Origin: a virus
Taxonomy: Duplodnaviria; Caudoviricetes
Length of the DNA stretch: 58,233 nucleotides
IMG/VR virus record: IMGVR_UViG_3300024518_003391
Coordinates: 1 to 58,233 of that record
Direction: 5' to 3' (one strand)
The position numbers were made by a program, and so were the translations under genes. Below the pieces are notes generated by a model. That model searched no databases, was not told the DNA's origin, and saw only the letters and a program-made list of their open reading frames with translations. Of the stretch, positions 24,799-36,000 are shown one piece after another. Each line of letters opens with the position of its first letter. Within the stretch, counting starts at the first letter, position 1.

Positions 24799-26738
24799 TA
24801 GAGCGCCGCCTGCGGGTTCTCTTCAATTAGCAGCCGCGTCTGCAACGTCAGCAAATGCTTTTCTACTTCCATCACCCATGCACGCCCGGCGTACTGCGCT
24901 GAGGACGAATACACTTCAATGATGTCGCCCGGCTCCAGCATCAACATGTCCGGAGTACCTTCAAGCCGAAACTGCTTCATCGGGGCCGCAAATCTGTTGA
25001 AGAAGAACGTTGACGCGCTGTTGACGTCCGCCAGGACGTACAGGTAGGCCGTCTCTTTATCGATCTCCCGCTCCTCGGATGTTCGCCCTTTGAATTGGCG
25101 TTCCCCGAAGTCCGTAATCGATGATGCGTCGGTATTCACAACTTCTATATTGCGATAGTCTTTATCATGCCGCACGACGATTTTGTTGACCACCCGCTCA
25201 TTGTCTGCGTCAACGGCGGTAATGTTCAGCACGTTGTAGGTGTTCGTGCCGTCGGCGACGTTCGACGAAAGCGTTTTATCAGTTGCGTCGTTCAGCTCCT
25301 CCGTCGAATGATACCGGATGTAGAGTTCGCCTGAATGCTTCTGCGCGATGTAGCCGTTCGCTACGAGTAGCGCCTGCATAATCACATCCATCACCGGCGT
25401 GCCTTTGAGAAACTGGCCCTGGATGTCGTAATCTTGGGCGAGGGTTTTTGTGTGGGCTAACTGGGTCGTCTCAAACATGTTCGTATGCGTGCCGAGTTCC
25501 GGATCCCAGTAATCGATCTCCAGCATCTGGTCGAAGAAATGCTCGATAACGGATGCTTGCGAGAGGGAGCTCAACGTCCCTGTATCAATCGGGTTGCTGA
25601 TCGCATCTTCCCCGAGAATAACGCCCAGCGTGCCGTCAATCAGCGACCAGAATTTCATCGTATCGCCGTTCACCCAAGCCGTGTCGCCTTCCTCAATGAC
25701 GAAACCAAGCCCCTCATTGGCGCGTAAATCAATGTCCCAGCGCCATCCCCCCGACTCGCCCGTCGGCACGAAGGCGCCCTCACCGTCATGGTTTGGGGGG
25801 ATGTTGCCCGACGCAATGGTCCTGGGCGCTCCTGTCGTTATATCCCATCCACCCACCGTGTTCCCGTCATCGTCAACAGCCGTGGCGTCGTATGTCGCCG
25901 TCCATGCCTCCGTAAGAATTTGCCCCCGGAGCGCCGAATCAATCGCATAGGTAATAGGGCTAACCACTCCGTCGCCGGTGTTCCCCGCGTCAGGCGACGG
26001 CCTGGACGCTAACCCCCTGTCCCCGACTTCATAGTCGCCCGTCAGAGAGAGCTTCACAAGTTTCTGGATGATACTCCGACAGTTGATTAGTACCTGCTGA
26101 TCGTTCGACACAGTGCCGTTGACGATTTCGCCCTGGTACATGATAACCGTGTCGGACTCATTCTCAAAACCGAGCTTAATCCGGACTGACCCGATAAACT
26201 GGTCTTGCTGCGTGCTGTTGAGGGTGGTTTCGGTCGGTTCAATCGCCCAGGCGTATCGTATCTCAGTCCCGACGGCGTAATTGTTGCTGAGCGCACTGTG
26301 GATAGTGATAGCGGTTAGCCCCCCGTTCGCGGCGGTAGTCAGTCCCGTGACCCGCTTATATTCAACGTTTAGGCCGTCCGTTATCGAGATCCAGTCGTCT
26401 TGGGGTGAGGTCAGGAGCGCGAACTTCTGAAGGCGGGGTTGCACCGTTAGGGTCGTTCCGGCGACATAAGCGACGGTCAACTCGGCCAGCGGGGCGTTGT
26501 CGAACATGAATGATGTCGTATTGCCCCGACTAAACCCGTCGTCCGCGCCTATCGCTTCCTTCATCATCGTCATATCCGCGAATAGTTGGGTGACGTCGCG
26601 GGTGTATGACGTGCCGGATAGTTCACGACAGAACAGGGCGGTAACTATCGGCTTATTGGATCCGTCGTCATATTTCGCGCCGATTCGCGTCGTGAATCCC
26701 GCGCTGATAGCGCCGCCACCGTCGTCTTTTTCTATCAT
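24798..26738 (-). CDS. Tail tip / baseplate hub-like protein
   Basis: Position after the tape measure; C-terminal SITDFGER...LEPGDIIEV motif. Confidence 0.7.
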   Translation of the reverse strand: MIEKDDGGGAISAGFTTRIGAKYDDGSNKPIVTALFCRELSGTSYTRDVTQLFADMTMMKEAIGADDGFSRGNTTSFMFDNAPLAELTVAYVAGTTLTVQPRLQKFALLTSPQDDWISITDGLNVEYKRVTGLTTAANGGLTAITIHSALSNNYAVGTEIRYAWAIEPTETTLNSTQQDQFIGSVRIKLGFENESDTVIMYQGEIVNGTVSNDQQVLINCRSIIQKLVKLSLTGDYEVGDRGLASRPSPDAGNTGDGVVSPITYAIDSALRGQILTEAWTATYDATAVDDDGNTVGGWDITTGAPRTIASGNIPPNHDGEGAFVPTGESGGWRWDIDLRANEGLGFVIEEGDTAWVNGDTMKFWSLIDGTLGVILGEDAISNPIDTGTLSSLSQASVIEHFFDQMLEIDYWDPELGTHTNMFETTQLAHTKTLAQDYDIQGQFLKGTPVMDVIMQALLVANGYIAQKHSGELYIRYHSTEELNDATDKTLSSNVADGTNTYNVLNITAVDADNERVVNKIVVRHDKDYRNIEVVNTDASSITDFGERQFKGRTSEEREIDKETAYLYVLADVNSASTFFFNRFAAPMKQFRLEGTPDMLMLEPGDIIEVYSSSAQYAGRAWVMEVEKHLLTLQTRLLIEENPQAAL

Positions 26739-27109
26739 AACTCTTCCAGCCGAAACACCACGTCAACTAGATCGTTATTTACGCTGATACGCGCCGACGT
26801 TTCCACAATCCGCACGCGCAAGGCGTCTGCCGTTACGTCGGTATCTCTGAGATAGAGAAAACGCTTTAACGCCAGTATCGCCTGGATGCTCTGCCATTGG
26901 GCAATCGTAATTTGGCCCAATGACACGGGCGTTATTATCTTCTGTCCGGTCACCCACATCCACACCCATCGCCCCTGGGGGTCTTTTGCCCCACGTTGGA
27001 TGCGCTGGATGGTTTGCAACGCGCCTTGCGGAATCGCGGGCTCAGATACGGCGACCGGGAATGCCACAATGGTGCTCAGGTCTTCGGTAGCAATACCGGC
27101 CAAACCCAT
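26735..27109 (-). CDS. Minor (distal) tail protein
   Basis: Synteny; V.FRLEE terminus. Confidence 0.55.
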   Translation of the reverse strand: MGLAGIATEDLSTIVAFPVAVSEPAIPQGALQTIQRIQRGAKDPQGRWVWMWVTGQKIITPVSLGQITIAQWQSIQAILALKRFLYLRDTDVTADALRVRIVETSARISVNNDLVDVVFRLEEL

Positions 27110-27489
27110 TATGCGGTCTCCGTCAAAGTAAATTCCAGGACGTATCGTCCTGTGCGGTTTAAGGTCGTAGTGTCAAGTACTTCCGGTTCCAAGATAACCT
27201 GCTGAGTCGATCCGGTCTTGTACACGAAGTTAAAAATCCCCTTGAGAGACCAGCGCCGCAGTTCAAACGCATCGTCAAAACCAACATCCCATCTCACCGG
27301 CCAGACCAACGTGGTTCCGTCCGGAGTTGCGTTCAGGACTCGATCAAGCGCGTCCCTGCTCACCTGCTGATGGTGCAAAACAAACAGCGCGTCAGCGAAA
27401 GGCGGCAACGTCTGAAGGAGGCCGAGTCCGCCTACGCCGAAGGTGTCTGATGCGTCGTCAATATCTTCAAAATATGGGGCTGGAGGCAT
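27109..27489 (-). CDS. Minor (distal) tail protein
   Basis: Directly after the tape measure; LEFTLTE terminus. Confidence 0.55.
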   Translation of the reverse strand: MPPAPYFEDIDDASDTFGVGGLGLLQTLPPFADALFVLHHQQVSRDALDRVLNATPDGTTLVWPVRWDVGFDDAFELRRWSLKGIFNFVYKTGSTQQVILEPEVLDTTTLNRTGRYVLEFTLTETA

Positions 27490-29397
27490 TCAGTTTTCCA
27501 CTCTCAATGACGGCCTGCCCGGCGCTGTGTCCCTGGGGCTGTCGCCCCCGCCGAGATGGATACCGAGGAGCTGTAAGCCGGTCCCCACAATCCCCCCGCC
27601 AATCCTTGCAAATGGGTTGTCGATTTGTTGCGAAATGTTCGTGATAAGTCGCCCGAAGGCGACAAGGATGTGATCTGATCCCCTTGCCATTTGCAGCGCC
27701 ATCGACTCAAACATGCTCGCCCACTGTCCAACGATCTGTTGGGTATGCCGCCTCTGCAAGTCCTGGAGTCGCTGAAATTGTTCCGCTGACTCCTCTGCCG
27801 ATTGCCTGGAGAAGTCCCGAACAAAGGGAACGCCGGCGGGCAAATTTAGCCGGCGTTCCGCGAACCGTAAAAAAGGCTGGTTAATCGGCCCGGCGTCCCT
27901 GTCAGGAGGAGCCGCGCCCAGGAACTGACCGAACCCACTGAAATCAAACGCAGAGCGCATTTGCGCGCCAAAGGCCGCCGTGCCCGCCCTACCGAACGCG
28001 CCGCCGATAGACCGAAATAGGCGATTCCTTGCGACAATACCGCGCCCCCGCCGGATAAAAGCGTCTGACACGCCCCCCGCGCCTCTCCGGGCGCTTGGAA
28101 GAGGGAAAGCCTCAGCACCAAAAGCAGGAGGCGGCGCTGGGCCTCCTTGGACGACAAATGATGCCTCTCCGAACCCCGAAAGCACATCGGCTGCTGCTGC
28201 ACCTGCTTGGGGGAAGCCCCGGAATGACGGGACATTCAGGGCTTGTAACTGTGGGCGGCCGCCTTCACCGAACAGCCCGGCCGGCAGAACGTTGACAAGT
28301 TTTTGGACGCCGGGGATCACGGCGTTTATTCCGCGTGCCACGCCTCCGGCGATTGCGTCTGATATGATGTTGCCGAGGTCTTGGAATACCGCCACTACCA
28401 CTGTTTTCATTCGCCCGAAAATAACGGTAAGGTTGGCCATTAACCCTTCGTTTCTGGTGAACAGATCGAACAGGAAGCCCAGCACGCCTTGAAGGCGCGT
28501 GAGTATGTCATCAAGCAGCGGCCCCAACCGATTGCCAATTAAGAGAAGGAAATCCGAGACGGTGTTTTTGATGACCTGCCACTTACCGGCGGTCTGGTCG
28601 AGCAGTTTGTTTTCGATGCCTTGGAAACGGCTGGCCTGTTCGATCGCCGCTTGGAACGTGACGGCGACAAGTTCAGCTTGGGTCAGCTTTCCGATCGTCT
28701 TGCCCGTCTCGGCGGTCAGCGTTTTGAACGCTTCACTAGCTTCGATCGCCTTCTCCGTCAGATTCAAGCCCAACGCCTCAACGCCCTCCGTCTCTTTGAA
28801 CAGCGCGGCCCGTGACACCCTGCGAACGCCTTCGGACAGCGTTGATATTTCCTCCGATGCCGAAACGACATCACGCAACTGGTCGGCCAGTGCGAAGGCT
28901 TGCGGGTTATTGAGACCAAACCGCCGCCCCGTAACAGCGGCTTCCGTGACATCTTGGCCGCGAAACAGCCCGCCGCCCCGCGCCCGCCCGAAGGCCCTAA
29001 CTCGCGTCTGTTGCTCCTGTGTCCGGGCGAAAACCTGTAACTGCGCCTCCGTCCGTTGCGCCCTGAACGACTCACCGAAGCCGCGCCCCAGAAGCCCGCC
29101 CACAGCCGCGCCTGCGATAAGGCCCGGCAGAGAAAACATGGCGCGAACGGCACGCGCAACACCCCGGAAGATAGACACTATCCCCCGCGCCGACCGGCGG
29201 GCGAATCTCTGGAGTTGAACAAACGACGTCCGGACGACACTGACCATGACCTTGAACGCGCCGCCGATTCGGGTGTTCGCACTTTCCCAAATAGTCCGGA
29301 TCGATTTCGCCGTTCGTTCCGTAGCGTTACGCAACGATTCAAGTCCTTGCCGGGCGGCGTTAATCGCCTTGATCCTTAGGGTGATTTCCTCGTCCAT
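27490..29397 (-). CDS. Tail tape measure protein
   Basis: ITLRIKAINAA N-terminus, Ala/Gly-rich and helical; follows the chaperones. Confidence 0.85.
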   Translation of the reverse strand: MDEEITLRIKAINAARQGLESLRNATERTAKSIRTIWESANTRIGGAFKVMVSVVRTSFVQLQRFARRSARGIVSIFRGVARAVRAMFSLPGLIAGAAVGGLLGRGFGESFRAQRTEAQLQVFARTQEQQTRVRAFGRARGGGLFRGQDVTEAAVTGRRFGLNNPQAFALADQLRDVVSASEEISTLSEGVRRVSRAALFKETEGVEALGLNLTEKAIEASEAFKTLTAETGKTIGKLTQAELVAVTFQAAIEQASRFQGIENKLLDQTAGKWQVIKNTVSDFLLLIGNRLGPLLDDILTRLQGVLGFLFDLFTRNEGLMANLTVIFGRMKTVVVAVFQDLGNIISDAIAGGVARGINAVIPGVQKLVNVLPAGLFGEGGRPQLQALNVPSFRGFPQAGAAAADVLSGFGEASFVVQGGPAPPPAFGAEAFPLPSARRGAGGVSDAFIRRGRGIVARNRLFRSIGGAFGRAGTAAFGAQMRSAFDFSGFGQFLGAAPPDRDAGPINQPFLRFAERRLNLPAGVPFVRDFSRQSAEESAEQFQRLQDLQRRHTQQIVGQWASMFESMALQMARGSDHILVAFGRLITNISQQIDNPFARIGGGIVGTGLQLLGIHLGGGDSPRDTAPGRPSLRVEN

Positions 29398-29406
29398 CCG
29401 GTTTCC

Positions 29407-29673
29407 TTATCGGCCGCCAAATGTAACCGTTGGCGGCGCCCTATTTTGTGCGGCGTCTTCAGTATGCACGCTATGAATAATCAGGAAGGCTTCGGCGGTT
29501 CGTTGCGGGGTTTCCCTGCCGTGAATCCATGTAAAAATCCCAGACATCCCGGCGGTTCCGATTCGCGCCATTGCATATTGAAGCAAGAAGGATTCAGCCA
29601 CCGGATCGGGTACGTGCGGCCGCCCGCCAAGCTGTGCTTTTGTCACAGCCTTCAGGCGGCTCTCCAGTTTTTT
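29407..29673 (-). CDS. Tail assembly chaperone, -1 frameshift extension (gpT-like)
   Basis: Open -1 frame after the A AAA AAC slippery site at 29667-29673. Confidence 0.7.
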   Translation of the reverse strand, partial: KKLESRLKAVTKAQLGGRPHVPDPVAESFLLQYAMARIGTAGMSGIFTWIHGRETPQRTAEAFLIIHSVHTEDAAQNRAPPTVTFGGR

Positions 29674-30149
29674 GCGCGGTTCAACTGATCGAAACTGCTC
29701 TTGATCATCACGCCTAACCACGACGGCTCAAGAGACAGCCACGTCTCATCATCAACGGGTAGATCTTCAATGCCTTCTTCGCTCTCTTTGCCCGCTTCAA
29801 TTACATAGCCCCATGTCCCAATCGTTGAGATTATCTCCTCTCGGCTAATCTTACGGCCAATCTTCTCGCCTTTTAGTATCTCCGCCTGTGACGGCTCTCG
29901 ATTCTGACCCATCCCTTCTGAAATCAAAAGGTCGTTCTGTGTATCTTGCCACTCTTGCGCCTGTGCGACGTTCTGAACGCCCATTGTCCACCGAAATATG
30001 TTCAGCTCTTTCGGTGGTGACTCAATCTTAAGTTGCGGTGCGATGTCGGCGTCAAGGTATTGGCTCCCGTCCGCGTTGATGTACGCATAGCACGCCTTCT
30101 CCTTGTATTGCCTGGGCGTTCGCTTCGGTTTTTTCTTCGGTTCTGCCAC
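29652..30149 (-). CDS. Tail assembly chaperone (gpG-like)
   Basis: GGAGG + GTG start; lies between tail tube and tape measure; slippery heptamer near its end. Confidence 0.75.
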   Translation of the reverse strand: MAEPKKKPKRTPRQYKEKACYAYINADGSQYLDADIAPQLKIESPPKELNIFRWTMGVQNVAQAQEWQDTQNDLLISEGMGQNREPSQAEILKGEKIGRKISREEIISTIGTWGYVIEAGKESEEGIEDLPVDDETWLSLEPSWLGVMIKSSFDQLNRAKNWRAA

Positions 30150-30242
30150 TGTGTAACCTCCAAGACGTTGGCGGAACGGGTCGTCTTGGCAACCCGCTCC
30201 GCAGGTTACTCGGCGCAACTGGCCGAGTGCGAATGGTGTTAT

Positions 30243-32114
30243 TTAGGCCGGCGTCGTATACTGGCCGGCGGAGTCGATTTGTACGTCAATCTCGAAAGCG
30301 TGGTCGTCGGTGTAGATTGTATGGTCCCAATCGTCACTGTCGGGCACGCCCCAAGTCAGGCCGCCATCTACGCTTACGGAATGCGTATTCGTACCCCCGG
30401 TATCGCCGACGATCTCAATATCGTTTGCTTCGGTGTTGAGCGACGCGATTACCAACCACCATACGGCCGTGCCGTTGTTGTAGGGCTTATTGGCGAACTT
30501 GAAATAGACAGGAACGCCGGTTTCGTTTAGCGCCTCCGACTGAATCGTGTTTGACACGCCCCCGACGACTGCGCCCGCTGCGCCGTCCACCGGCTCAGAC
30601 GGAGACCCGCCGTCGTCAGTCCACAACGTCGTTACGAGATTTTTCGCCGTGGCGACTGACGCGTTTTTAAGCGTGACGCGGACGCCCGCCACGTATCCAC
30701 CGCCGGAGATTGTCGCCAGTTTGACCGCTTCGCCGTCGCCGTCAACGCCCACATCCCAATCGTCATTGACTGCGAGAGTGTGGTCGGTACCGGTCGCCAC
30801 GTTGGCGGTCTCCGTGGCCTGCTTTCCCAAGCCTTCGGCCTCGATGTTCCGCATCTCAACCTCGTCGGCGCCGTCCGACCCGGCGATGGGGTTGGCGTTG
30901 GTCAGATGAAGGTTGCGATACGTGAGCGTCCAACGGTACTTGTCGCCCGCCGCGTTCCTGGCGGTGGGGTGGTGTAGCCGCACGTCGTACCGCCGCGCCG
31001 TTTGGTTTCGGTAGTCGTCAAGTCGAGACATCGCGTCGGCCTGGTCAAGCGAGTAGCCGGCGAAAAAGCGTTGGCTTCCGAGGTGAATCGCGCTGATATA
31101 CGGATCGTTGTCCCCTGTCGCGAATTTGCGGGGGGCAAGCGTATTTTCAATACGGAATCCGAAACTCTGGAAATTATGCGCGGATGTGAACCCGGCGGAG
31201 TCCACGTCAACGATAGCGTTCTGGAATATAAACCCGGTTTCCACGGCCGACCCGAACAGCGTCGGGCGGTCATTGACCAACGCCGGCACGCCCTGTATCA
31301 CGTCAACAACATCGCGTTCGGTCGTCAGATTCGTATCATCGCTTTCGTCATTGGTAATGGCGTTGATAGTGTATCCGGCCTGCGCAACAATAGTCACGAC
31401 GCCGGCCGAGTTCGTCGCCGTAATGCCGGTCAATGTGTTCAGGTGCACGACTAATGCCGCAGCGCTCACGGTATTGCTCGTGACGGCCGTCCAGTCCCCG
31501 CCCTCTGTGATTGTGTTGACCGTGCCGTTGACCGTCAAGGTTATCACGGTGTTGTTCGTTGCCACATCGGCATAGTCTAGGATATTAACCGTCGCCGTGG
31601 TACTCACAACCGGCTGCTTGCCGAGTCCCGTCAACTCCGTAATGAACAGCCCGTCTTCGCCGCCGGCTCCCGAGGCCGTCATCTGTAGCGTTGCGATGGT
31701 CAGGCCGTGGAATAGCTTCGTCTGTTCGCCCGCGCCCAGGTGGTCCGGCTTGCCTGTATCGACCGCCAGCATAAAGGACGGCAAAGACGTTATCACGCCC
31801 GGTTCCGGTGGGATTAAACGATACCGTCCGCTTCCGACGTCGAGAATCACGCCCATCGCGAACTTGCAGAACCATACCGCCTCCTCGGGCTTCAGCCCGA
31901 GCGTCATCGACCAATCTATCGCTTTGGCGGTGACGACACGGCGCGTCGGCTGGCGGCGTCCGCGCATGAAGGGATGGTCAATGGCAACGTGCGCTTCATT
32001 GATTACCGGATCCACGATCGGTTCCACGGACATCGCATTTGTCCACAATGATGTCGGCATCTGTGCAAAGGCCGGTTCCTCGATGAATTTATATAACTTC
32101 TGAGCCGGTAGCAT
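30243..32114 (-). CDS. Major tail (tube) protein with inserted and C-terminal accessory domains
   Basis: LPSFMLAVD, GLTIATLQMT, FGFRIENTL tube-like segments; position before the chaperones. Confidence 0.8.
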   Translation of the reverse strand: MLPAQKLYKFIEEPAFAQMPTSLWTNAMSVEPIVDPVINEAHVAIDHPFMRGRRQPTRRVVTAKAIDWSMTLGLKPEEAVWFCKFAMGVILDVGSGRYRLIPPEPGVITSLPSFMLAVDTGKPDHLGAGEQTKLFHGLTIATLQMTASGAGGEDGLFITELTGLGKQPVVSTTATVNILDYADVATNNTVITLTVNGTVNTITEGGDWTAVTSNTVSAAALVVHLNTLTGITATNSAGVVTIVAQAGYTINAITNDESDDTNLTTERDVVDVIQGVPALVNDRPTLFGSAVETGFIFQNAIVDVDSAGFTSAHNFQSFGFRIENTLAPRKFATGDNDPYISAIHLGSQRFFAGYSLDQADAMSRLDDYRNQTARRYDVRLHHPTARNAAGDKYRWTLTYRNLHLTNANPIAGSDGADEVEMRNIEAEGLGKQATETANVATGTDHTLAVNDDWDVGVDGDGEAVKLATISGGGYVAGVRVTLKNASVATAKNLVTTLWTDDGGSPSEPVDGAAGAVVGGVSNTIQSEALNETGVPVYFKFANKPYNNGTAVWWLVIASLNTEANDIEIVGDTGGTNTHSVSVDGGLTWGVPDSDDWDHTIYTDDHAFEIDVQIDSAGQYTTPA

Positions 32115-32172
32115 CGCCCGCTCCTTTCCTCTCTGTAATCGTTAGCGTAGCGCGTGTCTCATTCACCGTCTT

Positions 32173-32418
32173 TCACCACTTCAGTGAGTTTGTCCGGTAC
32201 CACGGCAATCGTGCCACCGCCCGTGTACTCACCGAAGTTGCGCGAATCAATCGCAGTTCAACGCAGTTCGGCAACACTGCCATAACCTGAGCCTCCAGGT
32301 CGTTTATCTGCGTCATGCCGGCGGCGCCCGATACCTGGGCCTTTCCTTCAACGCTGAACGCCTGCGGCCCGCTTATCAACACTTTCGTAGTTCTACCACG
32401 TGCGAGGTGTTTAATCAT
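32173..32418 (-). CDS. Hypothetical protein
   Basis: AAGGGGG RBS. Confidence 0.45.
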   Translation of the reverse strand: MIKHLARGRTTKVLISGPQAFSVEGKAQVSGAAGMTQINDLEAQVMAVLPNCVELRLIRATSVSTRAVARLPWYRTNSLKW

Positions 32419-32446
32419 ATCAGCCCCCTTTTCTCAAACACTACCG

Positions 32447-32674
32447 CTACAGCGCGTTTAAGTCCACGAGAAGCGCATTTAGGTCGTCCAATCTGTCCTG
32501 TAGTTGCGCGCCTTCCGCCTCAAGAGTGCTCAACGCAACCGTCCGCTCCTTCGGAGCCACGGCCGCGCCGGTGATGGGGTCGTACCGATTCTCTGATATG
32601 CAGACCTCTCTCCCGTCCCCCTTGCGGAGCCGGATTCGCCCTTCGCGTTTCTTGTCTTCGTATCGGTCAGACAT
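32447..32674 (-). CDS. Hypothetical protein
   Basis: GGGGG RBS; RYDPITG; C-terminal coiled coil. Confidence 0.6.
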   Translation of the reverse strand: MSDRYEDKKREGRIRLRKGDGREVCISENRYDPITGAAVAPKERTVALSTLEAEGAQLQDRLDDLNALLVDLNAL

Positions 32675-33050
32675 CGACGCCCCCCATACTGTTATCCGAC
32701 TTCGCACGCAAGTTGCCAAACGCCGTCGCCACTACGGAGGCGTCCCGTTGCAATCGTTGCAGAGTTTCGAGCCTCTCCGTCAATGCGGCAAGCTGCACTT
32801 GGCACCGATAGATTTCGCCGTCGAGTCGTTGCGCGTCCAGGCCACGGCGTGCGATAGTCGAGGTTATCGTATCCTCCAGCACCTTCAGCTTTATATTCGC
32901 CGTGCGCTCCATCTCCACTGCGTCCTCTGCAGGTACCGCAGCAGTCGCGACTGATTTCGCATCATTTTTGCCTGCTGCTTTCGCTTGCTCCGCGGCTACC
33001 ACTGCCGGCAAGGCCGGCGTCTCCGCTCTATCCGTTTTCGCGTTGCTCAT
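32667..33050 (-). CDS. Hypothetical coiled-coil protein
   Basis: AGGGGG RBS. Confidence 0.55.
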   Translation of the reverse strand: MSNAKTDRAETPALPAVVAAEQAKAAGKNDAKSVATAAVPAEDAVEMERTANIKLKVLEDTITSTIARRGLDAQRLDGEIYRCQVQLAALTERLETLQRLQRDASVVATAFGNLRAKSDNSMGGVDV

Positions 33051-33069
33051 TGCAACCCCCTACATGATA

Positions 33070-36000
33070 TTAACTTAATGTGACATTCGTAGATGCTTCA
33101 ACATACCATATCCCGCCGAAAGCCCTCAGCGTTATGCCATCCCCGACGGCGCCGCCGAACGTGGCGAAGTCGGTACCCGTGCCGCCGTTGTTGAACCCGC
33201 TTCCGGCCGAATTATCGAGAGTGTGCGCCGCCGCCGTACGGGAGATGAATGTCAGCACATAATCGTCGTGAGTCGTCGCTGTCGGATCAACCAGCGTCAT
33301 GACGGCCGGTGTTGCTTTGTTAATCCAGACCGTTTTCGACCCGGCCGTTATGGCGCCGTCGCCGCTGACTGTTTCATTCGCGTTCTGATGTCCCCCGACC
33401 AGGATGTCGCCGTGTACCGCCTCAGCGTTCAGCGTCCCAGCCCCTTGCGATGTCCCGGCGGGCGTGCCGACGACAACACCGCCGTCGTGGTCAACGTACA
33501 TTCGCTGCTCCGCGTCGGAGTCGGCCGCGCCTCGCGTATCAACCCTCCAGCGCCCCGTCTCAACCCCGTTCGCCGCCGATACAATCTCCGTGCCGATTGC
33601 TGCGTAGACTACCGTATCTTGGGGCGCATTGTCGTTCCGCCCCTGCCACTCGATTCGGCCAAGCTCATCGTCAGCCGCCGGCGACGTGGATTCACGCAAC
33701 ATCCGAAACCTGGGGCCGGGACCACTGCTCTCGTTCAGCTCTCTGATATTCATCGAGGGGTTTACGCGGGTCCAATGCGTGCGAAGGTCGCCGTTGTAGA
33801 AGATTCTGAGGTCGTCGGTTGAATTGCCCCCGACTTCCCAATGATCGCCGAGGGTGCCGGCCAATGTTACGCCGAGTTTTAGGGAAGCATTGGCCGCGTT
33901 TATGTCGGTTTCCGTGTCCCGAACAATGAGGCTGGCGTCGGCGGCTGCAACGGTGCCGGCGGCGTATGTGAACCCCCCGAGCGACACCACGTCCCCCTCC
34001 TCAAAAAGACTCCAGTTGATAGCATCAGAATCGTCAATCACCTTCAGCACGGTGGCGTTGCTGGTGTCGTCGTGGGAGGCCAATACCATCGGCTGGTTGA
34101 ACGTGTCGTGATACTCGTTGCCCTGCGCTACGATTCGCGTTCCTACTCCGAGATTACAAATGTCCGTGGGCGACATCTGGTAGCGGTGGATAAGTTCGAC
34201 CCTTTGCGTAGCTTGCTCTCCAATGGCAATCGGACCGCACGTGTTTTCAAAGCGCATCGGATGGATTTTCATGCCGGTCGCGTTGAAGAAGCCGAAAACG
34301 GCACCGTTTTTCAGCGTGAAAGTCTCGTTGGTGGTGGGGCTCGGGCCGATCCAATTCTTGACGGTTATATCGCTGCCCGATGCCGCCGTGATTCGTCCGA
34401 GACCCGACCGGCGGAACTTTAACTGCGTCGCACTTGCGTCCGTGCTCACACTGGTCATGCGCAGCATATGTCCCAGTTCCGAGCCGTCCGGCGACCACGG
34501 CGCGGTAATCGTCCATGTGCCGTTAAGATTGTTCACGACTGCCGAAACGACGCCCGAAGCGATTTCGGTGGGAGCGCCCAAGCCTGAATGGTGCGTGCCG
34601 TCCCGCATAACGCACCCGGTCGGCCCGGAGTCAGCGATAACGGCGCCGCTTCCGGGCGTCGCTGTGATTGTCCCTGAGCCGGTCGATGTGATATTGAGCG
34701 CTGTCCCCGCCAGCGCCAAAGCGCGGGTTGTTGCCAGCAACAGACGCGTGCTGTCGATACGGATAGCGTAATACAGCGTAGAACCGGCGATCCCGCCCGG
34801 CAAGGCTCCCGTTGACGCAAAAGCGCCGATAGGGTCGCCGTCGCGTAGTTCGTGATTCGCGGCCGATGTGAACGTCAAGATGTTGTTAGTGGTGTCCACG
34901 GCGTCGACGGTAACATCAACGCGGCTCGCCCAATTGTCCCAGACATGGCCTTGGACGGTGGCGTGTGTCGTGACGCCCAAGGGCCACACGCCTACACTCC
35001 AGTCGCCGCCGTTGAAGACTATGTCATTGATGCTGCCGGTGTCGCCGGCGTCAAGGCCGTTAATCGCGTGAGTGTGAACCTCGTTGTGCTTGCAGCGCAT
35101 CATTTCAATGTAGCCGACGTTTACGCTGTTATCGATTGCACGCAACTGAAGCCCTTTTTGAAACCCGCGAACGCGGCCGATCTTCATCCGGAACCGCTGG
35201 GAATCCACGACCCGGATTCCGATATTGTCCTCGGTCCAGTCCGCGACGAAATCGCCGCCGCTATCAACGACACTCAATGACCCGATAATGATTTCATATC
35301 GGTCTGTGATTACCGGACTGTCCGCCGTGGTTGAGGCGTCACTGCCGATATTCAGCGCTACGTTCGCCGCGCCCGGCTCGACAATGTTGAAATGCGCCCC
35401 CGGAGCGTCAAGGGTACAGCCGTCGGGCGGATTGAAGACGAGGTGCGATATAGTGTATCCGACGCCGGGCGCGATACCCAGCTTGTCTCCTACCTGCATC
35501 ACGCTCACGGCCTTGGCGAAGGCGGCGTTATTTACGGCGGCGCTTGCGCTCGTACTGAAGCCCCACCAGTGCGGATAAATCGTTATCGGCTGAACGGTGA
35601 ACTCGACATCCCCGTCGCCGGTGAAGACCTCCGATGTGGGGTTGGCTAGAATCTGATCAATCGTCACTGTCTGACCGGAGTCCACGGACAGCTTTCCGCC
35701 GTGGTCAAACCGCCATAGGGCGGCCCCGGTCAACCCCGTTGCGGACCTAAACGTTTTCCCGCTTTTGGCGCGCATCACGCCCGACGCGCCGGCGGCCGTG
35801 TCGGCTGATACTAAAGCGTCCTTATCGTCGGTACTGCCGTCCCCGACGGCTCCGTGTTGAGAGTGCGTCGGGTCAACTTCGTTCCAATTCGTCGTGGACT
35901 CTTGTAGCGTGCCGTCAACCACAGCCGCTCCGGGCGTCCCATTGTCGTCGGTGATCGCTTCGTTGTCTTGGAATGTGCCGGATATGTTCGACAGCTGCAA

